Shown here: positions 1 through 17,233 of the stretch, one piece after another
Position numbering within the stretch: the stretch's first letter is position 1
How the letters are laid out: each line of letters opens with the position of its first letter
Assembly (NCBI GenBank): GCA_963693365.1
Contig: CAVNZM010000018.1
Location: 863,861-927,860 of the forward strand
Length of the DNA: 64,000 bases
Direction: 5' to 3'
From: Amoebidium appalachense
Taxonomy: Eukaryota > Protista > Ichthyosporea
Notes under the pieces: model-generated
Databases searched by the model: none
What the model saw: only the letters and a program-made list of their open reading frames with translations
Told to the model about the DNA's origin: nothing
Translations under genes and position numbers: made by a program

Positions 1-394
1 GGAGACGGAGAGAGAGAGAGAAAGAGAGAGAGAGAGGGAGAGAAACACGCTAGTGCACGCGCACACACACACACGCGTGCACACACACACACACACATAC
101 ACACGCGCACCCGCACACACACACACGCATACACATGAGCGCGCACGCACACACACACACACGAACGCACGCACGCACGCACATGCACTCATGCACGCAC
201 GCAGGCACGCACGCACGCACGCAGGCAGGCACGCACGCACGCAGGCGCAGGCATGTGCCCCTTTCATGGAGGTAATGGTTGATGCCCAGCCACGCAAACC
301 CCCTCCCCTTCCCCCCCAAACCCTACGAAGAAACACTCACATGCCCACACACACACACACACACGCACGCACACGCACAGGCACAGGCACAGGC

Positions 395-510
<116 letters not shown>

Positions 511-554
511 GCACACACACACACACACATACACACGCACACACACACACACAC

Positions 555-5333
<4,779 letters not shown>

Positions 5334-6074
5334 AGCGCCACCTGCGCCCGCATAGGGCCGGCACCCCCGTCCGCACACACACAGGCCCGTCCTTCCACTG
5401 GCTTGCTGTGTGCCTGTTATCTCACAACTGCGCGCTGTGTGGCTAGCCCTGTGAGGCACTGCAACTCCAAGTTATGCTGTAACAGTGACTGCCTACTTTT
5501 CCAAGTGTTTAGGTGGCTCTGTAAGGCACTTGCTTGTTTCGCGTGATGCCCAAAGAGTGCTGTCGTGTACTTGAGCTAACTGGTCACACACTTCACACGC
5601 TACCAAAGGTTGCCGGCTCGCGATAGGACGAAGACGTGCAGCCTGCAGTTAGTTTCTAAATAATAATGATGGGCGTGTATATAGGTGACCAGTGCGATGT
5701 ACTCTACGTGCTCAGTAGGGTGAGATATTTATTTTACGGCCACAAAAGTTCATTTTCGTTTTTCAAAGTTTTACGCAAATTGGCTTAATTGTTTTGCGAT
5801 CATGGGGGTGTCCATTTAAGCCTATTTCATAAAGTTCAAAGTAGGCATAATAAAATTGTTTGAAAATTATTATAAAATAAAAAAAGCAATTGATTCTATT
5901 CTAAGTATATAGTTTTCTGTATTATATAGATTTTATTTGGTTTTATAATAGTCATAATGTATCTAACCAACGAACCTTGTTCACAAAAACTTCGCTCACA
6001 AAAACTTCGAGCCTCAAAAGGGGCTCAATGCAAGAGCCAGATGTAGGGGGTAACAAGGAGCAAAGTTACCACTT

Positions 6075-6142
6075 GCTGATTGGTTGTGACGTTGCGACCA
6101 ATCAGCATCAAATAGTTTGTGTACTGGCACGTATATAAAGCG
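6075..6142 (+). promoter_or_regulatory. Putative core promoter of the GH79 gene: two CCAAT boxes plus TATA, in the divergent MON2/GH79 interval
   Basis: TGATTGG at ~6077, CCAATCA at ~6098 and TATATAAA at ~6133, upstream of the ATG at 6594. Confidence 0.5.
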
Positions 6143-6593
6143 CGCCCGTACGGACTCCAACAGCACAAGTCACGGTTGTTTCGTTCTGAATCTTCACCAT
6201 TTTGTTTTCTCTTGTGTGTTTCTTCAGAAGTGTACAGAATAGTGAATCTGCTATCATAGAAGCCTCTGTATCTATATTTAGTAGCGAAGGGCGCTGAGCA
6301 AGATAGCTTCGACCAGGCAAGGGTGCATCCTTGTGCAAGAAAGCCCAGGATAGCACTGTGACCAGTCCAGGCCGTGTAACCACATCCTTATTTCGCAACT
6401 CGGGATCCCACCGTTGTGTGTCGACTATTCCACTCTCTAATTGTCTTCATCTTACTGAAACACAAGTGAGAACCACGCACTATTCGGTTCTAGTGCACAC
6501 GGGCACTCGGTTTTGGCCCTAGACGTACCTGTGTTGCGGTCAGTGCGACCAAAGATGTGGAGCCAGCCCCCTGTGTGTGAGTGCTAGTGACCA

Positions 6594-8481
6594 ATGGAGG
6601 GACGAGGGCTGCTCTCCAGCTCGAGCCTGGACACGGAGGAGTGGGAGATGCACCCGGTAGACGACGAATGTATGCCGCTGGGCCGGCGGCTCAGCTTTAT
6701 GCGGAGGGGACGGCAGCCAGAAGCAGCGTACTGCAGTGGGGGCCGGCAGTATGCGCTGTGTGCCATGGGCACAGCCACGGTGCTGCTGGCACTCCTGATA
6801 GTGTTGGCCTTCCTCAGGCCTCCACCCTTCCCTGCACACCCGCCAGACGGCCACAATGTTCTTTCCCTACCGCCAACTGCTTTTGCAGCTTCACCGTTAC
6901 CAAGCAGCAACGACAGAGACACAGAGACAGTGCACCTCTCTCTGGACGTGCAGGGGGGGCAGGCTGTGTCGTATGTGCGTGACGAGTATGTGTCCTACAC
7001 GGTGGACACCTCACGCGACCGCAACTTTTTCAACACGTCGTTTGCTGACCCCCGCCTGAGGCAGCTGGCTGGGCTGCTGCAGCCAGCCATAGTGCGCATA
7101 GGAGGCACAGGCAACGACTTTCTGGTCTACCAGGTGCGTGCAGGCGCGGGGGGGGGGGAGGGGGGGGGGGGGGGGGGGGGGGTCACGAAGCGTTTTCTTG
7201 GTTATTCACTGAGGATTGCGTGTTCTGTGTGTATTAGGTTCTGGAGTGAGGGTTGCTTGGCTTGTGCTTCCTGTGCCTTAAGCTGGATGCGGGCACTCGG
7301 ACCCGGATTCGCATACCTGCATGCCCGGACAAGCCGCGTTTACACACATGCACACGCGCGCGCGCGCGCGCACACGCACACACACACGCCCAAACCACTG
7401 TGCTTCCATACAAACTTGTGCACATGCACATCCAATGCTGGCACGTGTTGTTTACGTTTAAACTTTGTAGTCGTGTCGTTGGTTGGTATTCACTTTTACG
7501 GCAGCTTTTCTTGGCTGCGTAACTCTCCCCCCTCCCCCCCTCCCCCCCCCCCCTTCTTCCCCCCCCCCCCCCCCTCCCCTTCCCCCGCCTCCCCCACTTC
7601 CTCTAGAGTCCTCTCCTCCTTGCTTCCCCTCAACCGAAGGTTGCTGTATGATGCCTGTGCACGCCTGCCCTTTTGTTCCACTGTATGTCCAACCCACAAC
7701 TGCATCACTCAGCTTCCCCACTTGGAGAATACTATGGCACTCGGCATGTTTCTGGTGCATATTGCCGCCTGTACAGGCTCTTCCTGTCCACTCTTGTATG
7801 CAGGTAGGCAGAGCGTACAATACACACACGCACACAGGGTCGAGAGGGAATAGTGCTCACGGCACGTGTGTCTTCCCTAAGCATGTAGCAGGGGCACATG
7901 CAGCATGTCCCACTGCCTTGGTGCAGGCATTGGGCTGCACGCAAGCAGGGTGCTGATGTGTGTGCTTGCAGGTGGGGCAGGAGAGCAACTGTGTGCCGGG
8001 CACAGGGGAGGGCTGGCGGGGGTTTGTACGTGAGTGCCTCAACATGACGCATTGGGACGACCTTGCAGGGTTTGTACAGGCCGCTGGGGCCCGGCTGGTG
8101 TTTGGGCTCAACGTGCTGTACCCACTAGCCCCACTGGACGAGAGGCCCCTGGGCACCAGGGTTTGGAATTCGTCCAATGCACGTGCGCTATTGGAGCACT
8201 GCATAGCAACGGGCATAGACATATATGGGCTGGAGCTGGGCAACGAGGAGAATCTGAGGTTCAGCCCAGAGCAGAATGCCGCATTCCTGGGCCAGCTGGC
8301 TGATATGCTGGAGGTGGGGGGACGGAAGTGGGGGAGCTGGGGGTGGGAATATGGTTCGAGAGCACATTGGGGGGGGGGAAGGGGGAGCAGCAGTAAGGAA
8401 GGGGGGGGGGGGGGGGGGGGGGGGAGGGGGGAGGGGGGGGGGAGTACGAATGTGGGAGGCAGGCGGTGGTGTGTGGTGATT

Positions 8482-8519
<38 letters not shown>

Positions 8520-8808
8520 GAGTTGGAGAGATTATTCAACAAGCAGCTGAGGAGACAAGGCAGGGGGGGGGGGGGGGGGGAAGGGGGGCAAGGAATGGAG
8601 TAGAGGAGCCGGGTACTGGAGAATGAAGGTAAAGGGGGGGTGGCTAGGTGTGCAGACAGGAGCAGGGGGGAAGGGGGGACCGGGGGGGGGGGGGGGGGGG
8701 GGGGAGGGGAGGAGACGGTGGGAGATGGGGGGAGGGGGAGGGGGGCTGGATTGGGTGAATGCTGTGGCCAGGGCATTAGGCGCCATCTGTGTAGGGCTGT
8801 GACACTAC

Positions 8809-8861
<53 letters not shown>

Positions 8862-9575
8862 ACATGCCTGCCTGTATGGGGGGGGGGGGGGGGGCACATG
8901 CCTGCCTGTATGCTGACTGGTGGCTGTGCGCAGGAGCTGTATCCCGACGCAGCCAAACGGCCCAAGCTGATTGCACCAGACCCCCACTCGTACATCTTCA
9001 GGGTACCCTCTGAGGCCACGAACTATCTGGGTCGGTTCCTGGACCGTGCAAAGCAGCACATAACGGCCGTGGCATACCACGAGTATGTGGGGGTGGAGGA
9101 TGAGGCTAGCAGTCTCAATGCGAGTGTGCTGGACACAGGCCTAGCCAATGGCCTGATAGTGGCCAATGCCACAGCACTGCATGCCCCGAAGGCAGAGGTC
9201 TGGGTGGGGGAGTCGGCAAACAAGAACAGGGGGGTGGCAACTGGGGGTTTACGTTTGGCGCGGCACTGTGGTACGTGGATGCGCTGGGGCTCAAGGCATC
9301 CATAGGCCACACGCTGCACCTGCGGCAGGACTTTGTGGGGGCATCGTATGCCCTGGTGGGCCCTGGCGGCAAGCCCAGGCTGGGCTTCTACACGGCCATG
9401 CTGGCTAAGCGCCTGCTGGGCAGGGGGGTGCTGGCAGCAACACGCACGGTAGGTGCACACACGCGGAGGGCACAGGGAGGGGCAGTTATTGCGTTGTTTT
9501 GGCAAGGTGATAGGTGTGGTTGTGAAGGTGGATGGGCAGGGCATGGGCAGGGGGGTCCCGGGGGGGGGGGAGGGG

Positions 9576-9606
<31 letters not shown>

Positions 9607-10216
9607 AGGAGGAAGCAGTGGAGGGGGGGGGGGAGGGGGGAAGATAGGGCCGGGGAGGGGGAGGGGCTGGTGGGGGGGACCACCAAGTCACAACGTGGGT
9701 GTTGCCTTATTGGGATGCTGCCGTTGGGCACGGCACTTAACAGCTGTCGTTATTTGTGGCTGTGTGTTAGGGTCACATGGCACCGTGTGCATTTATACTG
9801 GCTCAGGTGCACACATCCACCCACACCCACACACACCCTCCCCCCTGCAGGGCCCAGCATCCGGCAGCCGCCATGCACGCAGCTACACCTTCTGCCAACG
9901 CAACAGCACCCAGGGTGGTGTGGTGGTGCTATTGGTCAACCTGGAGCTCAGGGCCACCCTTCAGGTCAATGTGACGATAGATGGCAGGCAGCAAATCAGG
10001 CACGAGTACCACCTGACTGCCCCCAGCCTGGCCTCAGGCTTCATGCTGTTGAACGGCAAGGTGCACCTGGGCCCAGGCGAGATCAATGCAGTCCCCGTGC
10101 ACGTGCCACAGGCACCCACCCAGCCCGACCCAGCAAGCAGTGTGCTTGTGGCCCCGGCATCGTTTGCCTTTATCGTATATCCAGACGCACAGAGTCCCGC
10201 ATGCATGCAGCAATAG
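6594..10216 (+). CDS. Glycoside hydrolase family 79 (heparanase/beta-glucuronidase-like) with N-terminal membrane anchor; 4 exons
   Basis: Exons 6594-7133, 7972-8313, 8934-9448 and 9851-10216 have GT-AG boundaries. Motifs are VRIGGTGND, LVFGLN, YGLELGNE (acid/base Glu), VWVGES (nucleophile Glu), WYVDALG, RQDFVGASYALV and EYHLTA. A 1-nt frame break lies in the G run at 9229-9234. Confidence 0.9.
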
Positions 10217-10478
10217 GGCTAGTGGCTGGCATGGGACTTGCAGGCATATGTACCACATAGAGGATGCGTGCTTGTGATTGTCTTCTGAAAGGGCGGGGGG
10301 AGGGCCGGGTGGGTGAGGGGGTTCTTGGTGGACCCGTTTTATGAAGTGACTGTGTTTAAGTGGGTAGGTTGTTTCCAGTTTCCTTTTTTGGGTTGTACAT
10401 AGGTGCCTTCATGGCTGTACATTTAAAGTGTTATGGGCATGGTCCGTACGGGCATGCTGGTAGCACCCACTGCGGCGG

Positions 10479-10521
<43 letters not shown>

Positions 10522-11894
10522 GTCGTCGAATGTATGCTGCAGGGTTAATGTGGCAGTCTTCACAGAGGTACATGCACAACATCAGGGCATGGGCCCCGGC
10601 CATTAATAGTAGAGGGCCCAACGTATACATGGTTGAGCTATTAATGGTACGGGGCACATGTGCTTGGAACTATGAATAGTGTAGGGCCAGTGGCCACACA
10701 TGTATGGAACATTGAAGGTATGGGACTCAGGTACATGTGCAAGCCGTGTGCACATGATTGCCGTGGTTTGTTTGTGTGGCAGCCAGGGCATGCCATATAT
10801 AAAATCAAACCAGACATGGCCTTAGACTCGGCCTGCACCAATAAGGCCATGCTTGTGTTCATTGAGATGGCACCAGCCAGCTGATCAGCACGACTTCAGC
10901 GTGAACCTCTCAGCTGTGAAGTGCAACAAGGGGGCCCCGGGTTATGTAGCCCTCAATTTAAAACAATCGTAGCTTCGACCAGCTAAATTTCCCGTATATA
11001 CTCTTCCCCCCACCCCCCTCCCCCCCCTCCACCCCCGCCTGCCCGCCGCCCCGCCCGAGGCCGATCAACAAAAAATATGACCACCGTATTCAAACTAGGA
11101 ACATGAGGTCTAACAGCTGAAGTCTTCTTTCTGCCGACAGCTATGTGCGCACGTGTCTAATCAATGCCACCCTTGGAGGCCTCAGGTAGCCATTGTGAGG
11201 TGCTCTGTAGCCGTAAGTGGTGGCCAGCCTGCAAGGTAGTTTTCCAGATCCCCTTCATTGCCCAGGCAGCACCTGGCTCATGTGTACAACCAGTTTGGGC
11301 CAATTTACATTGGACTGCGCAGGCACGGGCGCCGGTCCACCAGCCAGCAGATATGCGGTGGCTGCAGTGTCAGATGAGAATGGAGGGCAGACCCCAAGGG
11401 GGCTATAATGGACGGTCAGGCGTTAACAGGAGGCCATGTGCTTGGAAACCGCTCGTGGTCAGTGTGTGTGGCCCGTTGCACAGGGTGCTAGCAGTTGCCA
11501 CCACATGTAGTCAGGGGACATCTTCAGGCAGGCTTGTGGATCCATTGGTGCTGCTGCAAGCACAGCCAGCAGCCCAGCATGGCCAAGCCTAGGCGATACG
11601 CTAACCAACACCCTATGTGTGTGTGTGCATGCATGCATGCCTGCATGTGTGTGTGTGTGCGCGCGCGCGCACGTGTGTGTGCGTGTGTGTGTGCCTGTGT
11701 GCACGTGTGCGCGCGTGTGTGTTACTGTATGCACGAGTGTGTGGTGGTGGTTGTGGGGGGAGGTTGAGGCTACGGGAGTAATGGTGTGTGCTGGTGGTTG
11801 ACAGCCCGCAGGAGGGGGTGGGGGTGGGGGTGGGGGTGGGGGGGAGGGAGAGGGGGGGGAGGGGCGCCGGGGGAAGGGGGGGAGGGGGGGGGGA

Positions 11895-12275
11895 GTGGAG
11901 GCCAAGCTTGGGAGGGAGGATACCGGTGTGTGTATGTGTGGCGCGCTGGTGGCTTTTGATGACCCTGAGATGGTCGGTTGGAAAGTCACCGACCAGCTGC
12001 ACTTGCTCTGTCGCACTCCTCGCAGCGGCCGTGCCTCCCCCCCACCTGGGTCGCCCTCTCCCCAGCGGCGTGCTGACGGTGTAGACGTCCAAGAGCAGCT
12101 GCAGGCGCTTTCTGCCCAAGTGCAAGCCCTCTCTGTTGCCCAGTCTGGTCGCCCCAAGAAGCCCTCTGCCGGCGGCCTGCTGAGCACGCTGTCTGCGCGG
12201 GCAAAGGGCAAGGAGCCTGTCTATGCGTACGACACCGGCAGTGAAGACACCCCATCGTCGAGTGAGGATTCTGGG
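11895..12275 (+). other. Coding-like orphan fragment with a short coiled coil, unidentified
   Basis: Non-repetitive reading frame ...DVQEQLQALSAQVQALSVAQSGRPKKP...KGKEPVYAYD... with no recognisable domain. Possibly a TE gag-like remnant. Confidence 0.25.
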
Positions 12276-13056
12276 GGTGGTTGGTGGTGGTTGGGGGGGG
12301 AGGGGAAGAGGGTGAGGGGCAGCCTCAGAAGGTTAAGGGAGGGAGGGAAGGGGGGTAGGGGGGAGGGGGGGGGAGGAGTGGAGGAAGAGAGAGGGGAGAG
12401 TGAGAGAGAGACCTAGGGAGAAAGAGAGAGACTCGGACTGTGTGTTTGTGTGTGTGTGTGTGTGCGCGCGCGCGAGCGTGCGTGTGCGTGCGTACGTGTG
12501 TGCATGTGTGCTTGTGCGTGTGTGAAAGAGACAGAGAGATAGATAGAGACGGAGAGCTGTCGACAACGTGAGTGACTCAGAGATCGAGTGAGAAGAGAGA
12601 GAAAGACCCAAGCGTCACTTCCCCCCGTCATAAGTTGCCCATATCGGTGAAATTGTTGCGGGCCCAGTGCCACTACCATTACACACTGCCAAATCATTAT
12701 GTTCAATAGTCACTAATGATGCATCCGAAATGTACTCTGATCGGAGAACTTAGCGGCCATAAGTACTCTGACCGCAGTACTTTAGGAATGCTTGTTTCGG
12801 AAGGATACCGCGAGCTATTGGGGCCCAGGAGCCCGCTTTTTTTTGTACAGCCAGTAAGAAAACATAAGTTTACACCTTTTTTGTCTTTGGTACGGTAACT
12901 AACAAGGCCTTCCCTAGCTTTTATTGGTTGCCGACGCTGTTGCAAGTTTTTGAATTCATGCTCGACAACAACATGATTCATGATCAAACGGACGAAACTT
13001 GCTGAGTCCGCGAACACAACAAGCCATGGGTTTCATGTGAAAGATGAGCGCCCAAC

Positions 13057-13773
13057 ATGGCCAAAACATTAGACCCAATAGAGTCACTTTATTCTGGAGC
13101 TCGTGTCTGTTGTTTTGCATACATATTTGACGGGGTTCAGGGGGAAGATTTCACAGATGACACCACACGTTGGTCTTACAAGAAGTTCGGCCTGAGTTGG
13201 GACACACAAATACTGGTTGGCACAGTAGTGAAACGATGCAAGACAAACGAAGGCAGTGAATGGAAAGTAAAGTTTGATTTTGACGGTACCACAGAAGTAG
13301 TTCTGCGCCATCAGCTAACTTTAATAGATGAAGAAGACAGTGAACACACAAGTAGCGAGCTAGAGAGTGATAGTGACGAAGATCCAGATGGAGACATCCA
13401 ACAAGTAGAGATTCCTGTCACAGACAGTGAGAATGAAGATGAGATAGAACTTGTAGATGAACAAGTAGAGTTACCTACCCCCACCGACCCCACGTGCACC
13501 TTGCAATGGACCATTCCAGATGAGCAAGTACTTGACAAAAGAACAGGCCCACGCAGAAAACCAGCCATTCCACTAGCACTAAACAAGCGCAAGAGTGTTC
13601 TGTGTTTGTTTGAACACTTCATGCCTATGGAGTATCTCTTCACAGCAGTCATTCCACTCACAAACGAAGTAGGTCGTGCACGTTACAAAAATTGGGTTGA
13701 CTTAACCCCGGGTGAGCTACTTAGGTGGTTGGGTATGTGGATTTACATGGCTGGAACATTCGAACCCGGTTAG
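13057..13773 (+). pseudogene. piggyBac transposase N-terminal half (Tudor-like segment, acidic linker, start of the DDE_Tnp_1_7-type core)
   Basis: LFEHFMP..TNE..WVDLTPGELLRWLGMWIYM is typical of piggyBac transposases. The ORF stops abruptly at the apparent deletion junction. Confidence 0.8.
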
Positions 13774-13774
13774 G

Positions 13775-14707
13775 ATGGCAAGCAAACCGTACCGACAGTT
13801 GGGAGCTGGAACAGGCACCACCTTGCGTCTTCTAACCCCAAGGGCCAACCCCACCCACCGTAACCCCAGAACGATCGTCGGAGACAGCTGGTTTGGGTCA
13901 GTAACCGGGACAAGGGAAGTGTACAAAATCGGATTCTACGCACTTTTCAATGTCAAAACCGCAACCAGAGACTTTCCCCTCAACATGTTGGACCTTCTAT
14001 GTGAGGAAGGACGTGGTGTATGGTCGGAGGCAGTGTGCAGTGTGGACGGAGTAGACCTCGTTGCGGTGTTATGGAGAAACAAGAACTACAGTATGAAAGT
14101 GATCACCTCATGTTCAAGTACTCAGCCGGGTCAACCGAGAAAATCACGAAACGGAAATGACGTCCCCCAACCGAAAGCAGTCGAAGAATACTTCGAAAAC
14201 TACAACATGGCCGATATATTCAACAAAACACGAATGTTAAACGGCTCTGTGGACGAAGCCTTGGGCACTAAACGTCACCAACTCCGCACCTTTGGGGGGC
14301 TTCTGGGGTTTGTAGTAGCAAACGTACACTTTGCATACAGATACTTTGGCAAATCCACAAACACGAGCATGGACACAAGGCGTGAGCTAGCAGAAGCACT
14401 CATATGCAACCCCCACCTGCCTGCACTAGAATACCCCCTTCCCCCTGCTGCTCCTGCCCCCCATGCTCTACACGGACACCAGCGTGCCAGAAAAGAAAGA
14501 AAAGGTAGATGCGTTCTCTGCTTTAGGAACAAAGGGGAACGCCACCAGACACATACCTACTGCATCAAGTGTAATGTGTTTCTCTGCAATGATCAAACAC
14601 GTGCATGCTTCGAAAACCACATCACACATGGTGTTCCTCCACGCACACGCACCCAAGTCAACACAAACACAGGCCCGGTACGATCACGCAGAAACACTAC
14701 ACGTTAA
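13775..14707 (+). pseudogene. piggyBac transposase C-terminal half with Cys-rich domain
   Basis: TTLRLL..RTIVGDSWFGSV (2nd catalytic Asp), EEYFENYNMADIFN (3rd Asp region) and the C-terminal zinc finger CVLC..CIKCNVFLC..CFENH. Confidence 0.85.
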
Positions 14708-15483
14708 AGTACCTTCTGCCCACTGGTCAGTTTCTGTACATTGCGCAACACTCATTTGTCGTTTTCGGATTAGGGGTGATTTGTTTGGTTTTTATTCGTT
14801 TCTTCGAAACTGTTTGTGGTAACTAGATGCTAAAAGGGTTATTTGAAGTGTGTGTACCGAAAAAAACGAATTTGAAAGCTGATGTCAATGTTTCTCAAAC
14901 GAAAAATGCACCTGTGGTGCAAAAGCAACAACGTGAACGTTTAAAGTATGCATCTTTGGCACGCATTTGTAACAAGTTTGACGTTTTTCTTGGCTCAGGC
15001 CTATGGCCTCCCGGTGCCAGAACCCGTAAAGTGCAAAATAAGCCATACCAACAAGCATTCCGAGAAATTATTGTAGTCATGGGGTGCGCAAACACTACAA
15101 AGTTCTCCGTAAATTGAAGCTCAAAATCGTTGAATGCCTACCATTACTTACTAAGCCACTACCCCGCCAAGAATTTTTCTACGGTTTTTTTGTGATGTGC
15201 TTGTTCCCTGTCATGTTAGGGTAAAATGGTGAGAAAAAGAGAGTAACACGTGCAAAACTGACCCTGCGCCAGGCGTTTTTATATGATGACGTCATACAGT
15301 ACTCTGGTTGGAGCATTTATCGATTCAGGTCGGATCAGTGCTAAGCAATAGTTGTTAATATAATCCATAATTATAATAAACAGCACAACTCCCATGGAGC
15401 CCTCCTGTGTGATATCACAGCCAGGAGCAGTTGGGCGGGTGGGTGTCGGGCCGATGATGGTGGTGGTGGGGGAAGGGGGGGGT

Positions 15484-15516
<33 letters not shown>

Positions 15517-16781
15517 CATCAATCGATATAAAAGTTTAAAGCACCACCAACTGTAATTGACATGTGTCGGATAATATGACTGCATGACAGCCTCACGAGG
15601 GCATGAATATTCAATGTTAGGAGAAAGAAAATTTAAAGCACACCGTGTCTCTTGCACAGCAAGTGCTCACGAGACTGTATTTCTTTTCAATCTGCAGGCC
15701 ACGGCCCAATCGCAAGTCAGCCTATGAACTTTCTAAAACAGGAACACAAACACCATGCCAGCTAACCCGCACCCTACAAAGGTTTGTACATGTATCTTGC
15801 CCATACCGTTATGTAATACATCGTGGATTGATTTGGTCACAAAATCACACACGAACCCATAAACACCAAAACTCTAAAAAGGAATGGTAAGCCTTAATGA
15901 ATTTACCTACTATATAAGGCAATGTGATCTGCAGCTGAAACCACGAGTATATTCACACTCTGTGTAAACACCTGACGTACACGTAGAAACTCTTGGTATT
16001 TATATTGCATATACATTGCAAATCTAGATCCCCATTATATCGACGTAATCAGAACGGCAGACGACTATAATTTAAAGCAGAGGTATAGGTTGCAAACTTG
16101 CTATAAGCGAGAAACCCCAAATACAACACCCTCCCGACATGTATGCACATACACACACGCACACACAACATGCACATACACACGCGCGCACAGACCCACA
16201 CACATACACGCACGCGGGGCCAAAAAAAAAAAAAGAGAGAGAGACTGTTAAAAGAGAACGAAAAGGAAATGGCTCTACGAGGTTACATAACACTGATTAA
16301 TGCTGAAAGGCAAAATCTAAAAAAAAATAAAAATAAAAAAAGCGGAAGGAGAAGAAGAAGGAGGAAAGAAAGAAAGAAGGCTTGTCTTTCGTAATGAGCT
16401 CAGTGATAGTTGTTTCCGCATATGTCTGTATCGAGCACTACTGTGTGTGTAATTTGTATGAAGCGTGGAAACATTTCGATAGACTTACTGAGTATCATGA
16501 GTCACAATGATTTACTACGCCCTCGGCGTATGCGGTTGTATGTGTGCATAATGACTCTATATAAAGCACCTGCAGGCGTATACTTATGACTAGCAACAGA
16601 GAGCCGTCCAGTTATTCTTTGCTGCGTGTGTGGTGTCAACCCTCCACCTATCCCTGGGGACAACCGTGTTAGAAACAACCTTGGCATCTTTCCGCATGAA
16701 ATAAAGTGACGGTGACGATCTAGCAATAGCTAAGAATGTCCCCCCCTCCCCCCCCCCCCCCTCCACCCCCCCCCCCCCCCC

Positions 16782-16820
<39 letters not shown>

Positions 16821-17233
16821 TCTCCACCTCCTTCCGCCCACTCCACCCCATCTCCTTACACCAACAATTTTTCACCAATTTGAATGCAAAACAACTCCCC
16901 CCCTCCCCTCCCCCTACACCGGCAAACAACAAAAACAGTCAATAGACAGTTCCACCGCACCCACCCTAAGAAGGCTTACTAACCACCACTGATATACAGT
17001 ATACACACAGAATACGCGCATGGGTAAGCATTCCGGAGCACAATAACATGAGTTAAGAACAATAGCATCAGTACGTACCATTTGTTCATGCCTAAGGAAC
17101 AATGCGATAAGCAGGAGAGTTTTTTGTGTCTAGGCAACACTTGACGCATACTATTCCGCCATTATGAGCATGTCTATACAGTCCATAAGGTATAAAAATG
17201 TCAGGCCCAAAACAATAAAAAATCTGTTCTTAC

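Larger units (their letters stand above)
12735..15340 (+). mobile_element. piggyBac-family DNA transposon, internally deleted; ends tentative
   Basis: Intronless, lower-GC block with transposase ORFs. Degenerate inverted ends are CTCTGATCGGA..ATAAGTACTCTGACCGCAGTACTTTAGGA (from 12735) and, as reverse complement, CACTGATCCGA..ATAAATGCTCCAACCAGAGTACTGTATGA (to 15340). No TTAA target duplication was seen. Confidence 0.75.

Noticed and set aside
11164-11592. ORF downstream of GH79
   Set aside because: No recognisable domain in any frame on either strand and no consistent splice model.
12331-12340. TTAA next to GGG as the piggyBac left end
   Set aside because: Wrong orientation for a left terminus, embedded in G-rich low-complexity DNA, and without a matching right end.
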